Below are positions 48,868 to 58,577 of a stretch of 64,000 nucleotides of DNA, in pieces. The stretch spans positions 1 to 64,000 of the forward strand of contig NZ_JAQNDL010000001.1 of assembly GCF_028368995.1 (NCBI RefSeq), written 5' to 3'. Origin of the DNA: Nannocystis bainbridge (lineage in GTDB: Bacteria; Myxococcota_A; Polyangia; Nannocystales; Nannocystaceae). The translations under genes were made by a program, and so were the position numbers. The first letter of the stretch is position 1, and every line of letters starts with the position of its first letter. The notes below the pieces were generated by a model. It searched no databases, was not told the origin of the DNA, and was given only the letters and a program-made list of their open reading frames with translations.

Positions 48868-50874
48868 TCAAGGCGTGACGATGGCGAACGCCGGCGGGAA
48901 GCGGTCGAGCAGGCCGAGGAACTCCTCGACCGCCGCCCGCTTGCCGCGCAGCTTGAGCGCCCGGGCGGCCAGCGCCTGCTCGATCGTCGTCTCGCCCATC
49001 TGCAGCTCGATCAGCGTCATCTTCGCCAGCACTAGCCCGGCGTCCGCGTCCGCGTCTGCGTCCTCGGCGGTGCGGCGGGCGTAGTTGAGGACCCCGCGCT
49101 CGACCGTCAGCCTGTAGCGCTCGTCGAGGTCGGTGAACTCCACGTCGAGCTTCAGCGTCGTCGCGGCCGCGCGGGCGCCGTTGAGGCGGACCGCCAGATA
49201 GTCGAACAGCAGCGTCGGCGGCAGCGCGCGCAGCGTGTCGCGCCCGCTCGAGTCGATCGCCGCCGCCTCGGGCACCCCGTGGCGCAGCTCGTAGGCGCCC
49301 TGCAGGTACTCCGAGCGCCACGGCCCCGACTCGGCCTGATAACCCAGCTGCTCGTACGCGTCGGCCAGCAGCTCCTTGCCCGCCGCGCTGTCCGGGTTGG
49401 CGAACACCACGTGGCGCAGCACCTGCGCCGCCCAGCGGTACTCGCCGCGCGCGAAGTCGGCGCGCGCCCGCTCCAGCACCGCCGCCTCGCCGCCCATGTA
49501 CTCGACGTATTTGCGGGCCGCCGGCTCCTGCGGCAGCTCGTCGAGGTCCGACGGGTTGCCGCTGTAGAAGCCCATGTAGCGCTGGTACACCGCGCGCGCG
49601 TTGTGGCGGACCGTCCCGTAGTAGCCGCGATTCGGCCAGTAGTGGGCCAGCGCCGGCGGCAGCTCGAGGTACTCGGCGATCTCCGTGCCGATGTAGCCGA
49701 AGTTCAGCATGTGCACCGACTGATCGTGGATGTACTTGTAGAGGTCGCGCTGCTGCTCGAGGTAGGCGCGCACCTGCTTCTGGCCCCACATCGGCCAGTG
49801 ATGGGCCTGGAACTTGACCTCCAACCCGGCCCCGTACAGCTCGATCGTCTCCTGCAGGTGCTTGGCCCACGCCAGCGCGTCGCGGACCTTGGCCCCGCGC
49901 AGCGTCAGGATGTTGTGAAGCGTGTGCGTCGCGTTCTCGGCCATCCACATCGCCTTGAACTGCGGGAAGTAGGTGTTCATCTCCGACGGCGCCTCGGTGT
50001 CGGGCGTCAGCTGGAACACCATCTTCACCCCGTCGATCGTCAGCTCCTGCCCGGTGCGGGTGATCGTCTGCGTCGGAGCGATCAGCGACACCGTCCCCGA
50101 CGCCATCGCGACCCCGAGCCCGCTGCCCACGTTGCCCTGGGCGTCGCGCGGCAGGAACGTCCCGTACATGTACGCCGCGCGCCGGGTCATCGCCGCGCCC
50201 GCGAGCACCATCTCGCTGACCGCGTGGGCCAGGAAGCCCTCCGGCGCGATGATCCGGACCCGGCCGGAGCGCACGTCGGCCTCGTCGACCAGCCCGCGCA
50301 CCCCGCCGTAGTGATCGGGGTGCGAGTGGCTGTAGATCACCGCCACGATCGGCCGGTCGCCGAGGTGCTGCTTGACCAGCGCGTGCGCGGCCCTGGCCGT
50401 CTCGATCGTCAGCAGCGGGTCCATCACGATCCACCCGCGGTCGCCCTTGATGAACGTGATGTTCGCCAGGTCGAACCCGCGGACCTGATAGATCCGCTCC
50501 GACACTTTGAACAGCCCGTAGATCAGGTTGAGCTGCGACTGGCGCCACAGGCTCGGGTTCACCGTGTCGGGCGGCGGCGCGTCGCGGCGGATGAATTTCT
50601 TGAACGGCTCGAGGTCCCACACCACGTTGCCGTCGCCGTCCTTGATCGTCAGCGTGTGCGGGCGCGCGATCAGGCCCCGCTCGGCGTCCTCGAAGTCGGC
50701 GCGGTCGGCGAACGGCAGCCGCTGCTGCAGCGCCGCGTTGGCCTGTCGCGTCGCCTCGCTCGCTGGCTTCGGCCCCGCCGGCCCCGCCGCCAGCACCGCG
50801 TAACGTACCCCGGCCAGCAGCGACCCGAGGGCGGCCAGCGCGATCAGCCATGCACGAGGTCGGCGGAGCTGCAT
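48868..50874 (-). CDS. Alkyl/aryl sulfatase, SdsA1/YjcS family (metallo-beta-lactamase fold)
   Basis: TVNPSLWRQ, YSHSHPDHYGG, TPDTEAPSEM, HNILTLRGA, HHWP, RGYYG, C-terminal SCP2-like domain. Confidence 0.95.
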   Translation of the reverse strand: MQLRRPRAWLIALAALGSLLAGVRYAVLAAGPAGPKPASEATRQANAALQQRLPFADRADFEDAERGLIARPHTLTIKDGDGNVVWDLEPFKKFIRRDAPPPDTVNPSLWRQSQLNLIYGLFKVSERIYQVRGFDLANITFIKGDRGWIVMDPLLTIETARAAHALVKQHLGDRPIVAVIYSHSHPDHYGGVRGLVDEADVRSGRVRIIAPEGFLAHAVSEMVLAGAAMTRRAAYMYGTFLPRDAQGNVGSGLGVAMASGTVSLIAPTQTITRTGQELTIDGVKMVFQLTPDTEAPSEMNTYFPQFKAMWMAENATHTLHNILTLRGAKVRDALAWAKHLQETIELYGAGLEVKFQAHHWPMWGQKQVRAYLEQQRDLYKYIHDQSVHMLNFGYIGTEIAEYLELPPALAHYWPNRGYYGTVRHNARAVYQRYMGFYSGNPSDLDELPQEPAARKYVEYMGGEAAVLERARADFARGEYRWAAQVLRHVVFANPDSAAGKELLADAYEQLGYQAESGPWRSEYLQGAYELRHGVPEAAAIDSSGRDTLRALPPTLLFDYLAVRLNGARAAATTLKLDVEFTDLDERYRLTVERGVLNYARRTAEDADADADAGLVLAKMTLIELQMGETTIEQALAARALKLRGKRAAVEEFLGLLDRFPPAFAIVTP

Positions 50875-51125
50875 GCTCCGACCTATGGCCGAGCCGCGCG
50901 CCCGCGCCAGTGACGGCGCGCCGCTCGTCGCGTCCGCCGCGACCGCGCCGCGGCTCGCGGCGCGGCCACGTTCGCGCCTGTCCCGAAGGCCAGATTCATC
51001 AAACCCCGCCGCCCCCGGCGCCGCCCACCGATGTGGTCTGCGACGCAGGCGTACGTCCGCGAGCGAGCGACGGAGCGCCTTCGCAACCGGCGGCGCCGCC
51101 GCCTACCTGTCCCGAAGGCCAGCCT

Positions 51126-53210
51126 TCACGGCGCCACGAGCACGCGCGCCGAGCGGGCCGGCACCATCACCGACGGACCCTCGACCATCTCTCCCGTCAG
51201 CTCGTCCTTGAGCGCCATCCCTGGCAGCCCGCCGACCGACTTGCCCGCGTCGCTGCGGTTGACCGCGACCCACACCGTCTCGCCCTCGCCGGACATCGAG
51301 TAGGTCAGCGAGTCGGCGTCGGCGCCGAGGCGGGCGTACGAGCCGCGGCGCAGCGCCGGGTGGGCCGCGCGGATCGCCCCGAGGTCCTGAATATGGCCCA
51401 AAAGCCAGCTCTGCCCGCTCGAGTAATTCGACCACTGCATGAAGCGGCGGTTGTCGGGGTCGCCCGCGCCGGGCATGCCGACCTCGTCGCCGTAGTAGAC
51501 CAGCGGCGCCCCGGGCGTCGTGTAGAGCAGCGTGAACGACAGCCCCAGCCGCTCGAACGCCGCGGCCCCGACCGGCAGCCCCGGCTTGTCGTTCCACGCC
51601 TTGTCCTTGCCGTCGGCCCACTGGTTGTTCCACACCGGCGAGTCCTCGGCCAGGTGGATCGCGCGCGGGATGTCGTGGTTGCCGATGAACGTGCTCATCA
51701 CCGCCGCGCCGCCGTTGTAGTAGTCGGTGTTGGCGTCGAAGAAATCGGCCAGCTCGTTCATCGAGCCCTGGCGCATCAGCACGTTGTAGGCCATCTGCAT
51801 GCGCAGCGGGAAGTCGAACTGCCCGTCGAGCTTGTCGCAGCCGACGTACTTGTTGATGGTCGGCTTGTCGCCCGTGAACGTCTCGCCGACCATGTAGAAG
51901 TGCTGCCCCGACATCGGCTCGATGTCGGCCTTGACGCGCGCGCGCAGGTCGAGCAGCCACTCGATCTTGATGTGCTTGACCGCGTCGAGGCGGAACCCGT
52001 CGGCGCCGGTGTCCTTGATCCACTGGATCGCGTTGTCGATCGAGTAGTCGCGGGCCGCCTGGTTGCTGAAGTCGAAGTCGGGCAGGTAATCGGTGAACCA
52101 GCAGCGCTCGCCGTCGGCCCCGTCCCACGAGCAGCCGGCCCCGCACACGCAGTCGCCGCCGTTGCCGTTGTCGTTCGGGTTGAACCAGCTCGGGTTGTCG
52201 ACATACACGGGCGCGGTGATGTGGACGTGGTTCATCGCGTAGTCGAGGATGACCTTGAGGTCGGCCGCGTGAGCCGCCGCCACCAGCGCCTGCAGCTCGG
52301 CCAGCGAGCCGAAGTGCTCCTCCGTCTGTGACAGGTCCGTCGGCCAGTAGCCGTGGTACGCGCTGTACATGTGCCCGTCGGTGCCCAGCCCGTCGTCCGA
52401 GGTGTTGTTCATCGGCACCGTCAACCACAGCGTGTTGACGCCGAGCTCGTTGAAGTAGCCGTCCTCGATCTTCGCCGTCACCCCGGCCCAGTCGCCGCCC
52501 TGCCAGTCCGCCGCCGTCTCGACCCCCGTCAGCGCGTCGTTGCCGGGGTCGCCGTTGTTGAAGCGGTCGACGAACACGAAGTAAATGATCGAGTCGCGCC
52601 AGTCGAAGCCGCCGTCCTGCGTCACCGCGCACGAGGCCGCCTCGCAGGTGAACTCCTCGCAGGTCATCGGCTGCAGCACCGAGTTGTAGCCGCCGAAGCC
52701 GTCGTCGATCTGGTCGGGGTTGTTCGGGTCGGGGATCCACGCCATCGACCCGTCGATGCGCAGCTTGTACTGCACCGACGTGTCCCACGGGACAGGTACC
52801 GTCACCCGCCAGTTGGTGCCGTCGCTCGTCATCGCCGCGCCCTTCGACCAGCCGTCGGGCGCGAAGCTGCCCATCACGTCGACCGACGTCTCGCCCATGT
52901 CGGGGTAGGTGAACTCGTAGGCGCAGCGCTTCAGCGCTTCGTCACACATCGGCGGCGGCGGCTCGCCGGTGGTCGGGTCGCCGGTCGTGGTCGGATCGAC
53001 CTGCCCGCCGGTCGCGTAGCCGGTCACGCCGCCGCCCTGCGACGGGTCGTACGGCATCGTGCTCGGCGGCATCGTCGCCGAGTCGGTCGTCTCCGACTCG
53101 AGCGGCGGATCGGTGCAACCGATCACCGACAGGAGCGACAGGACAGGCAAGATCCGGAGAAGGCGAGCCACGCAGCTCCGAGGATGGCGCCGCGACCCGC
53201 CCGGGGTCAA
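51126..53210 (-). CDS. GH13 alpha-amylase-family lipoprotein with CBM48-like domain
   Basis: SVIGC lipobox; FVDRF, YHGYW, GFRLDAVKH, VGE, NHD, YYGDE; start uncertain. Confidence 0.93.
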   Translation of the reverse strand: MTPGGSRRHPRSCVARLLRILPVLSLLSVIGCTDPPLESETTDSATMPPSTMPYDPSQGGGVTGYATGGQVDPTTTGDPTTGEPPPPMCDEALKRCAYEFTYPDMGETSVDVMGSFAPDGWSKGAAMTSDGTNWRVTVPVPWDTSVQYKLRIDGSMAWIPDPNNPDQIDDGFGGYNSVLQPMTCEEFTCEAASCAVTQDGGFDWRDSIIYFVFVDRFNNGDPGNDALTGVETAADWQGGDWAGVTAKIEDGYFNELGVNTLWLTVPMNNTSDDGLGTDGHMYSAYHGYWPTDLSQTEEHFGSLAELQALVAAAHAADLKVILDYAMNHVHITAPVYVDNPSWFNPNDNGNGGDCVCGAGCSWDGADGERCWFTDYLPDFDFSNQAARDYSIDNAIQWIKDTGADGFRLDAVKHIKIEWLLDLRARVKADIEPMSGQHFYMVGETFTGDKPTINKYVGCDKLDGQFDFPLRMQMAYNVLMRQGSMNELADFFDANTDYYNGGAAVMSTFIGNHDIPRAIHLAEDSPVWNNQWADGKDKAWNDKPGLPVGAAAFERLGLSFTLLYTTPGAPLVYYGDEVGMPGAGDPDNRRFMQWSNYSSGQSWLLGHIQDLGAIRAAHPALRRGSYARLGADADSLTYSMSGEGETVWVAVNRSDAGKSVGGLPGMALKDELTGEMVEGPSVMVPARSARVLVAP

Positions 53211-53242
53211 GCGCGCCCGCTCCCCGCGCCGAGCTCATGCTT

Positions 53243-54160
53243 TCACCTCGGCCCGAAGTCCTCGCGATAGCTACCGTGCTCGATGTCCGCGAGCAGCCCG
53301 ACCTGCCGCGGCTGCCAGCCGAGCGCCCGCGCGTGCGTCGCTCGCACGCGGCTGTTCGACGCCAGGCCCAGGCTCGCCGCCTCGACCCCGAGCGCCGCGA
53401 TCGCGTCCTGCAGCGGCCACTCGACCGTGCGCTCGCCGAACCCGAGCATGCGACCGATCGATCGCGCCACCTCGCCGAGCGCCGCCTCGCCGTTCTCGGC
53501 GAAGAAGAAGCTGCCCGGCTCCGCCTTCGCCAGCACCAGCGCATACAGGTCGACAAGATCGTCGATGTGGACATTCGACCAGATGTTGCGACCCGGCCCG
53601 ATGTGGACCCCCGCGCCGCGCTCCTTGGCCGCACGGATCAGCAGCGGCACCTGGATCGAGTCGCGCTTGGTGCCGGTGCCGCGGCCGTAGATCATCGTCG
53701 GGCAGACCACCGCGGTGCGCAGGCCCTCGGACGCCGCCTCGCGCACCCGGCTGTCGATCGCCACGCGCGCCACCTTGGCCGCGATCGGCGTGTTCGGCGT
53801 GTCGTCGGTGAACACCCGCTCCGACGATTCGCCGATGCCCTCGTCGGCCACGATCGACGAGCCGCTGGTGTGGATCAGCGTCTTGCCCGACCCGCGCAGC
53901 CCGGCGATCAGCGCCTCGATCGCCGGCCGGTGATCCGAGTCCGCCGTGTTCACCACCACGTCGGCCTCGCTCGCCAGCCGCTGTAACAGCGCCGCGTCGT
54001 CGAGCCCGCCGATCGCCGCGCGGACTCCGGTCGCCTCGATGCGGGCCGCCGCCGCCGGGTCGCGGACCAGGCCCACCACCGCGAATCCGTCCTGCACCAA
54101 CCGACGCGCCACCGAGCCGCCGATGTAACCGGAAACACCTGTCACGAATGCACGCTTCAT
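53243..54160 (-). CDS. NAD-dependent epimerase/dehydratase (atypical SDR)
   Basis: MKRAFVTGVSGYIGG, IHTSGSS, WSNVHIDDL. Confidence 0.92.
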   Translation of the reverse strand: MKRAFVTGVSGYIGGSVARRLVQDGFAVVGLVRDPAAAARIEATGVRAAIGGLDDAALLQRLASEADVVVNTADSDHRPAIEALIAGLRGSGKTLIHTSGSSIVADEGIGESSERVFTDDTPNTPIAAKVARVAIDSRVREAASEGLRTAVVCPTMIYGRGTGTKRDSIQVPLLIRAAKERGAGVHIGPGRNIWSNVHIDDLVDLYALVLAKAEPGSFFFAENGEAALGEVARSIGRMLGFGERTVEWPLQDAIAALGVEAASLGLASNSRVRATHARALGWQPRQVGLLADIEHGSYREDFGPR

Positions 54161-54253
54161 CTCGCTGTTCCTCGTGCCTCGAGTTTGGCCTGTTCCTCCC
54201 CAGCATGGTAGCGTGATTGCCGGCAAACGCCCTGTGCCGCCGAGGCAAAGCCC

Positions 54254-55138
54254 GTGGACCTGACCCCGCAACTCCAGGCGTTCGTCCGCAGCGTCCGGGC
54301 CGGCAGCTTCAGCGCCGCCGCGCGCGAAGCGGGTACCACCCCCTCGGCCTTCAGCAAGCAAGTCGCGCGGCTCGAACAGAAGCTCGGCGTGCCGCTGGTC
54401 GTGCGCACCGGACAGGGCCTGCAGCCGACGCCCGAGGGCGAGGCGTTGTTCGAGCGGGTCCAGCGGGCGCTCGACGACATCACCGACGCCTGCGAGGAGG
54501 CCGCCCGCGCCACCGGCCCGCGCGGCCTCGTCCGGATCAGCGCCCCGGTCGAGCTCGGCCACGCCTGGCTGGTCCCGCGGCTGCCCGCGCTGCACCGCGC
54601 CCACCCGCAGATCGCCGTCGAGCTCGGCCTCGCCGATCGCTTCGTCGACCTGCAGGCCGAGCAGTTCGACCTCGCCGTGCGCGTCGGCGGCGACGGCGAC
54701 GGCCGCCTGGTCCAGCGGCGGATCGGTCGCCTGCGCCGGTTCGCCTGCGCCACCCCGGGCTACCTCAAGTCGCACGGCGTGCCGCGCACGCCCGAGGCGC
54801 TGCCGCGTCACACCCTGCTCGCCATCACGCGCGCCGGTCGGCGCATCCCGTGGGAGCTGGCGGGCGGCGCTCGCCTGGTCCCGCAGGGCCCGTTCGCCGC
54901 CGACAGCAACGAGGCCCTGCGTCAGCTCGCGCTCGCCGGCGTCGGCATCGCCTGGCTGCCCGAAGTCACGGTGGCCGCCGACGTCAAGCGCGGCGCCCTG
55001 CGCTTGCTGTTCGCCGACGACCCCGAGCCCGGCCTGCCGATCCACCTCGTGTTCCCGCAGGGCCGCCTGCTGGCCCCGCGGGTCCGCGCCGTGGTCGACT
55101 TCCTCGCCGACGCCGCCCGCACCAGCATGCCCGCTTGA
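54254..55138 (+). CDS. LysR-type transcriptional regulator
   Basis: GSFSAAARE..TPSAFSKQVARLEQKLGV; FDLAVR; divergent from the SDR. Confidence 0.95.
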   Translation: MDLTPQLQAFVRSVRAGSFSAAAREAGTTPSAFSKQVARLEQKLGVPLVVRTGQGLQPTPEGEALFERVQRALDDITDACEEAARATGPRGLVRISAPVELGHAWLVPRLPALHRAHPQIAVELGLADRFVDLQAEQFDLAVRVGGDGDGRLVQRRIGRLRRFACATPGYLKSHGVPRTPEALPRHTLLAITRAGRRIPWELAGGARLVPQGPFAADSNEALRQLALAGVGIAWLPEVTVAADVKRGALRLLFADDPEPGLPIHLVFPQGRLLAPRVRAVVDFLADAARTSMPA

Positions 55139-55327
55139 GCATGTCCTGAAGGGCATGTCCCCGGAGACACGCGGTCTCGGGCTCGACATGCCCATGAAGA
55201 CATGTCTCGTCAAAACTTCCTGTCCCCGAAGACAGGCCGCTCGACATGTCCCTGCAGACAGCCCAGTGCACCCGGGTCTCGACCCCTCGGCACGCGGCGG
55301 ACCTGACATGACCCTTCGGACATGTCG
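55137..55327. repeat. Extended, interrupted 14-bp-period motif cluster
   Basis: GAGCATGTCC TGAA GGGCATGTCC CCGG AGACA..; CGACATGCCC ATGA AGACATGTCT; CTGTCC CCGA AGACAG; TGACATGACC CTTC GGACATGTCG. Confidence 0.85.
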
Positions 55328-55498
55328 ATGCGCTCCCCTCGCTCCCAGGCACTCCGCTCTCACACTGCCGCTTTGGTAATTTCCATCACCATAATTTCAC
55401 CGTTCGTAAACCCCTCGCCGAAGCCATCCCCCGTTTTCAGCCCGCGCCGCCCCGGTCGCGCGCCGCCCCGGTCCCTCGTGGTATGACGGCCTCGTGGC

Positions 55499-56098
55499 AT
55501 GACCCTCGAGCAGGCACGATTCGGGCGCACCGCCGCCGCTCTGGCTCGCGGCCCGCTCGGCCTGCTCGCGCTGTGCCTCGTGTTCTCCTACGGCGTCGCC
55601 GGGGCGTTCGGCGGCGTCGCCGTCGACCACCTGACCGACGGCCAGCGCAGCGTCCTCGTCGGCTTCATCGTCCTGTTCCCGCTCGCCGTGCTGGCCGCTC
55701 TGTACCGGCTCGTCACGCGCCACCACCTCAAGCTCTATGCCCCCGGCGATTTCCGCGAGGAGCGGCATTTCGTCGAGGTCGGCCGCCCCGCCGCCGACCG
55801 GCTGACCGCCGTCAGCCCCCCGGGCCTCGTCGAGCCGGTCGTGCACGGCGACGATTTCCTGCTCATCGACGTCGCACCGCCGGCCAACAGCGCCCCGCGC
55901 TCGCGCCCCGGGTTCTGGACCCGCGCCGGCGAGACCTACTACGTCACCCGCCAGGGCCTCGTCTACCTGCTGCGCTCGCCCGCCCAGCGGGCCCAGATCA
56001 CCCGCGTGGACGCCCTGCCGGCCGACTGCAGCCCGATCGCCAGCCAGCACTGCGACCCGGCCCTGTGCGCCCTCGCCGAGGCCGCCGACTCGCGCTGA
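55499..56098 (+). CDS. Hypothetical protein with two N-terminal TM helices
   Basis: PLGLLAL..; FIVLFPL..LVTRHHLKLYAPGDF; Cys-containing C-terminus. Confidence 0.75.
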   Translation: MTLEQARFGRTAAALARGPLGLLALCLVFSYGVAGAFGGVAVDHLTDGQRSVLVGFIVLFPLAVLAALYRLVTRHHLKLYAPGDFREERHFVEVGRPAADRLTAVSPPGLVEPVVHGDDFLLIDVAPPANSAPRSRPGFWTRAGETYYVTRQGLVYLLRSPAQRAQITRVDALPADCSPIASQHCDPALCALAEAADSR

Positions 56099-56104
56099 CC
56101 TCGC

Positions 56105-56183
56105 GGACATGCCCCCGACGACATGTCCCGAGCGACATGTCGCAGTCGACATGTCCCGGTCGACATGCTCCCGCGGACACCCC
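56105..56183. repeat. 14-bp-period palindromic array, 5-6 units
   Basis: GGACATGCCC CCGA CGACATGTCC CGAG CGACATGTCG CAGT CGACATGTCC CGGT CGACATGCTC CCGC GGACA. Confidence 0.92.
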
Positions 56184-56227
56184 ACGAAGCCCGGCCGCGC
56201 CGCCCGCTCATTCGCCCGCGCGCGCGC

Positions 56228-56833
56228 TCACGCCTGCGCGTCGTCGCCGTAGAGCAGCCGGGCCGCGCGCGCGACCTGCTCGACCACCATCTCGGGGCTG
56301 AGCAGCCCGCCGGTCCAGCCGACCAGGCGCGAGAACCACACGTCCTCGAGCACCGCCAGGCGGTCGAGCTCGGTCGCGCTGACCGGCTCGTCCTCGCGGC
56401 CGCGGATGGCGCCGACGATCAGCTCCATCAGCGCGGTGTGGAACCGCTGCAGCCGCTCGGCCAGCGCGTTCTCGCCGGTCGCGGCCGAGCGGATCACGGC
56501 CCGCCCGAGGTGCGGCCGGCCGCACAGCGTGTCGGTCAGGGCGGCGAAGCACTGCACCAGCCGCTCGAGCCGCGTCGTGCCCTGCAGCGGCTCGGCGGCG
56601 AAGCGCTCGCGCAGGGCCACCAGCTCGAGCGAGAGGACGCCGACGAGCAGGTCCTCCTTGCTGCGGAACCGCTTGTAGACGGTGCCGAGGGCCACGCCCG
56701 AGGCCTGGGCCACGTCGCGCAGGCGCACCGCCGAGAAGCCGCCGGTCTCGGCCAGCCGCACCGCGGCGTCGAGGATCCGGCGGGCGCGATCGTCGATGAG
56801 GTTGAGCTCGCCGGGCAGCGGGACTGCAGTCAT
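56228..56833 (-). CDS. TetR-family regulator, KstR-like
   Basis: RRILDAAVRLAETGGFSAVRLRDVA..SGVALGTVYKRFRSKEDLL; C-terminal EDVWFSRLVGWTGG..ARAARLL. Confidence 0.9.
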   Translation of the reverse strand: MTAVPLPGELNLIDDRARRILDAAVRLAETGGFSAVRLRDVAQASGVALGTVYKRFRSKEDLLVGVLSLELVALRERFAAEPLQGTTRLERLVQCFAALTDTLCGRPHLGRAVIRSAATGENALAERLQRFHTALMELIVGAIRGREDEPVSATELDRLAVLEDVWFSRLVGWTGGLLSPEMVVEQVARAARLLYGDDAQA

Positions 56834-56865
56834 CCCCCTCGGTGTATGCGGCCCCGCAGGCGTCG

Positions 56866-58245
56866 TCAACGCTTGGCCTCGACGCGAACGAGGACCCCGT
56901 GCTTGGGCCGCATCGTGATCTGGAATTCCTGGGCGATCCGGGCCCGCGGGCTGAGCGTAAGGCGAAAACGCTGGGCGATCATCGCCAGCACCAGCGTGCC
57001 CTCGAGCAGGGTGAAGTGGTTGCCGATGCACATGCGCGGTCCGGCGCTGAACGGGATGTACGCCAGCTTGTGCCGGCCCTGCGCCTGCCCCGGTAAGAAC
57101 CGCGCCGGCTCGAACTTCTCCGGGTCGTCCCAGAAGCGCGGGTCGCGGTGCATCAAGAACGGCACGTAGAGCACACGATCGCCCGGGTACACGCGATGCC
57201 CGGCCAGCTCGGTCTCGGCGACGATGTCGCGCCCGCCGCTCCAGGTCGGCGGATACAGCCGCAGCGACTCCTGCAGCACCGCCTTGGTGTAGTGCAGCGT
57301 GGTCTGGACGTCTTCAGCCGTCGGCACGCGCCCGTCGAGCTTGTCGACCTCTTCGATGAGCTTGTCCCACACCTCGGGATTTGTGCCGAGCAGGTAGAAC
57401 GTCCACGCCAGCGCGATCGCGGTGGTCTCGTGGCCCGCCAGGAAGAACGTGGCGATCTCGTCGCGCACCAGCCGCGGGTCGAGCGGCTGGCCGTTCTCGT
57501 CGCGCGCGTTGAGGTACGCCGCCAGCAGGTCGTCCCCCATCGCGCCCTCGGCCCGCCGTCGCGCGATGATGTCGAACGTCACCTCGTCGAGCGTCCGCAG
57601 CGCCTTACGCAGGCGCAGGTTGCCCGGCGTCGGCCAGCGCAGCGGCAGCTGCAACATCTGGTTGCCGCGCCCCGACACCTGCTCGAGCGCCACCGTGAAC
57701 GCCTCCGCCGACTCGCCGACGCGCGCGCTGAGGTCGAGGCTGAAGAGCGTCTCGCCGATGATCTCCATCGCCAGCCCGAGCAGCTCCGAGTACACGTTGA
57801 ACTCGTCGCCGACCTTGAACCGCCGGGTCCAGTCGCCCAGCGTGCGCTCGGTCAGCCGCGTCATCTTGCCGGCCAGCGCCGCCACGCTGCCCTTGTTGAA
57901 GGCCGGCTGGGCGATCCGCCGCTCGCGCCGCCACAGCTCGCCCTCGCTGGTCAGGATCCCGTCGCCCACCAGCATGCGGATCGAGTCGTACGTGTCGCGC
58001 TTGCCGTACGAGTCCTTGTCGGTCAGCAGGATCTGCTCGACCGCGTCCGGATGCAGCGCGACGAACAGCGAGTGCTTGCCCACGCACAGGCGAAAGAAGT
58101 CGCCGTGCTTCTGCCGCGCCGCCTCGACCACGGGCATGATCCCGTGACGCGTCAGCATCGGTAAGTGGCCGAACACCGGCCAGCGCGTCGGTGTCGGGAT
58201 CGAGTCGATGGGCGGCGAGACACGGTCGAGCAAGGCTTGCAGCAC
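56866..58245 (-). CDS. Cytochrome P450
   Basis: FFLAGHETT, ESLR (ExxR), FEPARF, PFSAGPRMCIG heme ligand. Confidence 0.96.
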   Translation of the reverse strand: MLQALLDRVSPPIDSIPTPTRWPVFGHLPMLTRHGIMPVVEAARQKHGDFFRLCVGKHSLFVALHPDAVEQILLTDKDSYGKRDTYDSIRMLVGDGILTSEGELWRRERRIAQPAFNKGSVAALAGKMTRLTERTLGDWTRRFKVGDEFNVYSELLGLAMEIIGETLFSLDLSARVGESAEAFTVALEQVSGRGNQMLQLPLRWPTPGNLRLRKALRTLDEVTFDIIARRRAEGAMGDDLLAAYLNARDENGQPLDPRLVRDEIATFFLAGHETTAIALAWTFYLLGTNPEVWDKLIEEVDKLDGRVPTAEDVQTTLHYTKAVLQESLRLYPPTWSGGRDIVAETELAGHRVYPGDRVLYVPFLMHRDPRFWDDPEKFEPARFLPGQAQGRHKLAYIPFSAGPRMCIGNHFTLLEGTLVLAMIAQRFRLTLSPRARIAQEFQITMRPKHGVLVRVEAKR

Positions 58246-58259
58246 GGTGGTTCCCTCTT

Positions 58260-58293
58260 TGAAACGCGTTCTACACCCCTAGAACACGTTCCA
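58260..58293. promoter_or_regulatory. Two tandem KstR-type operators (TnnAACnnGTTnnA)
   Basis: TGAAACGCGTTCTA (58260-58273) and TAGAACACGTTCCA (58280-58293), 15-48 nt upstream of the P450 start. Confidence 0.8.
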
Positions 58294-58486
58294 CCCCCGT
58301 GCAAGAGCCTGCACGGCGCGCTCCCGCGCATTCGCCGTCCCAGGCCCTCCAGGGCCCCCAGAAACCCAATCGGCGGTCCCGCATTTCATCCTCGATCGGC
58401 GCGCGAGCACGCGCCGAGCGGCGTCGACCCGGCGCGGCTTTGAGCCTGCCAGGCGTGAACCGCCGCGCGATCGGGCCTGCGCTTTC

Positions 58487-58566
58487 GGACATGCCCGATC
58501 GGGCATGTCCATGTCGCCATGCCCTCGAAGACATGTCCTTTTCACCATGCCCTCGAAGCCATGTCC
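58487..58566. repeat. 14-bp-period palindromic array, 6 units
   Basis: GGACATGCCC GATC GGGCATGTCC ATGT CGCCATGCCC TCGA AGACATGTCC TTTT CACCATGCCC TCGA AGCCATGTCC. Confidence 0.92.
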
Positions 58567-58577
58567 CATCGCGCAGC

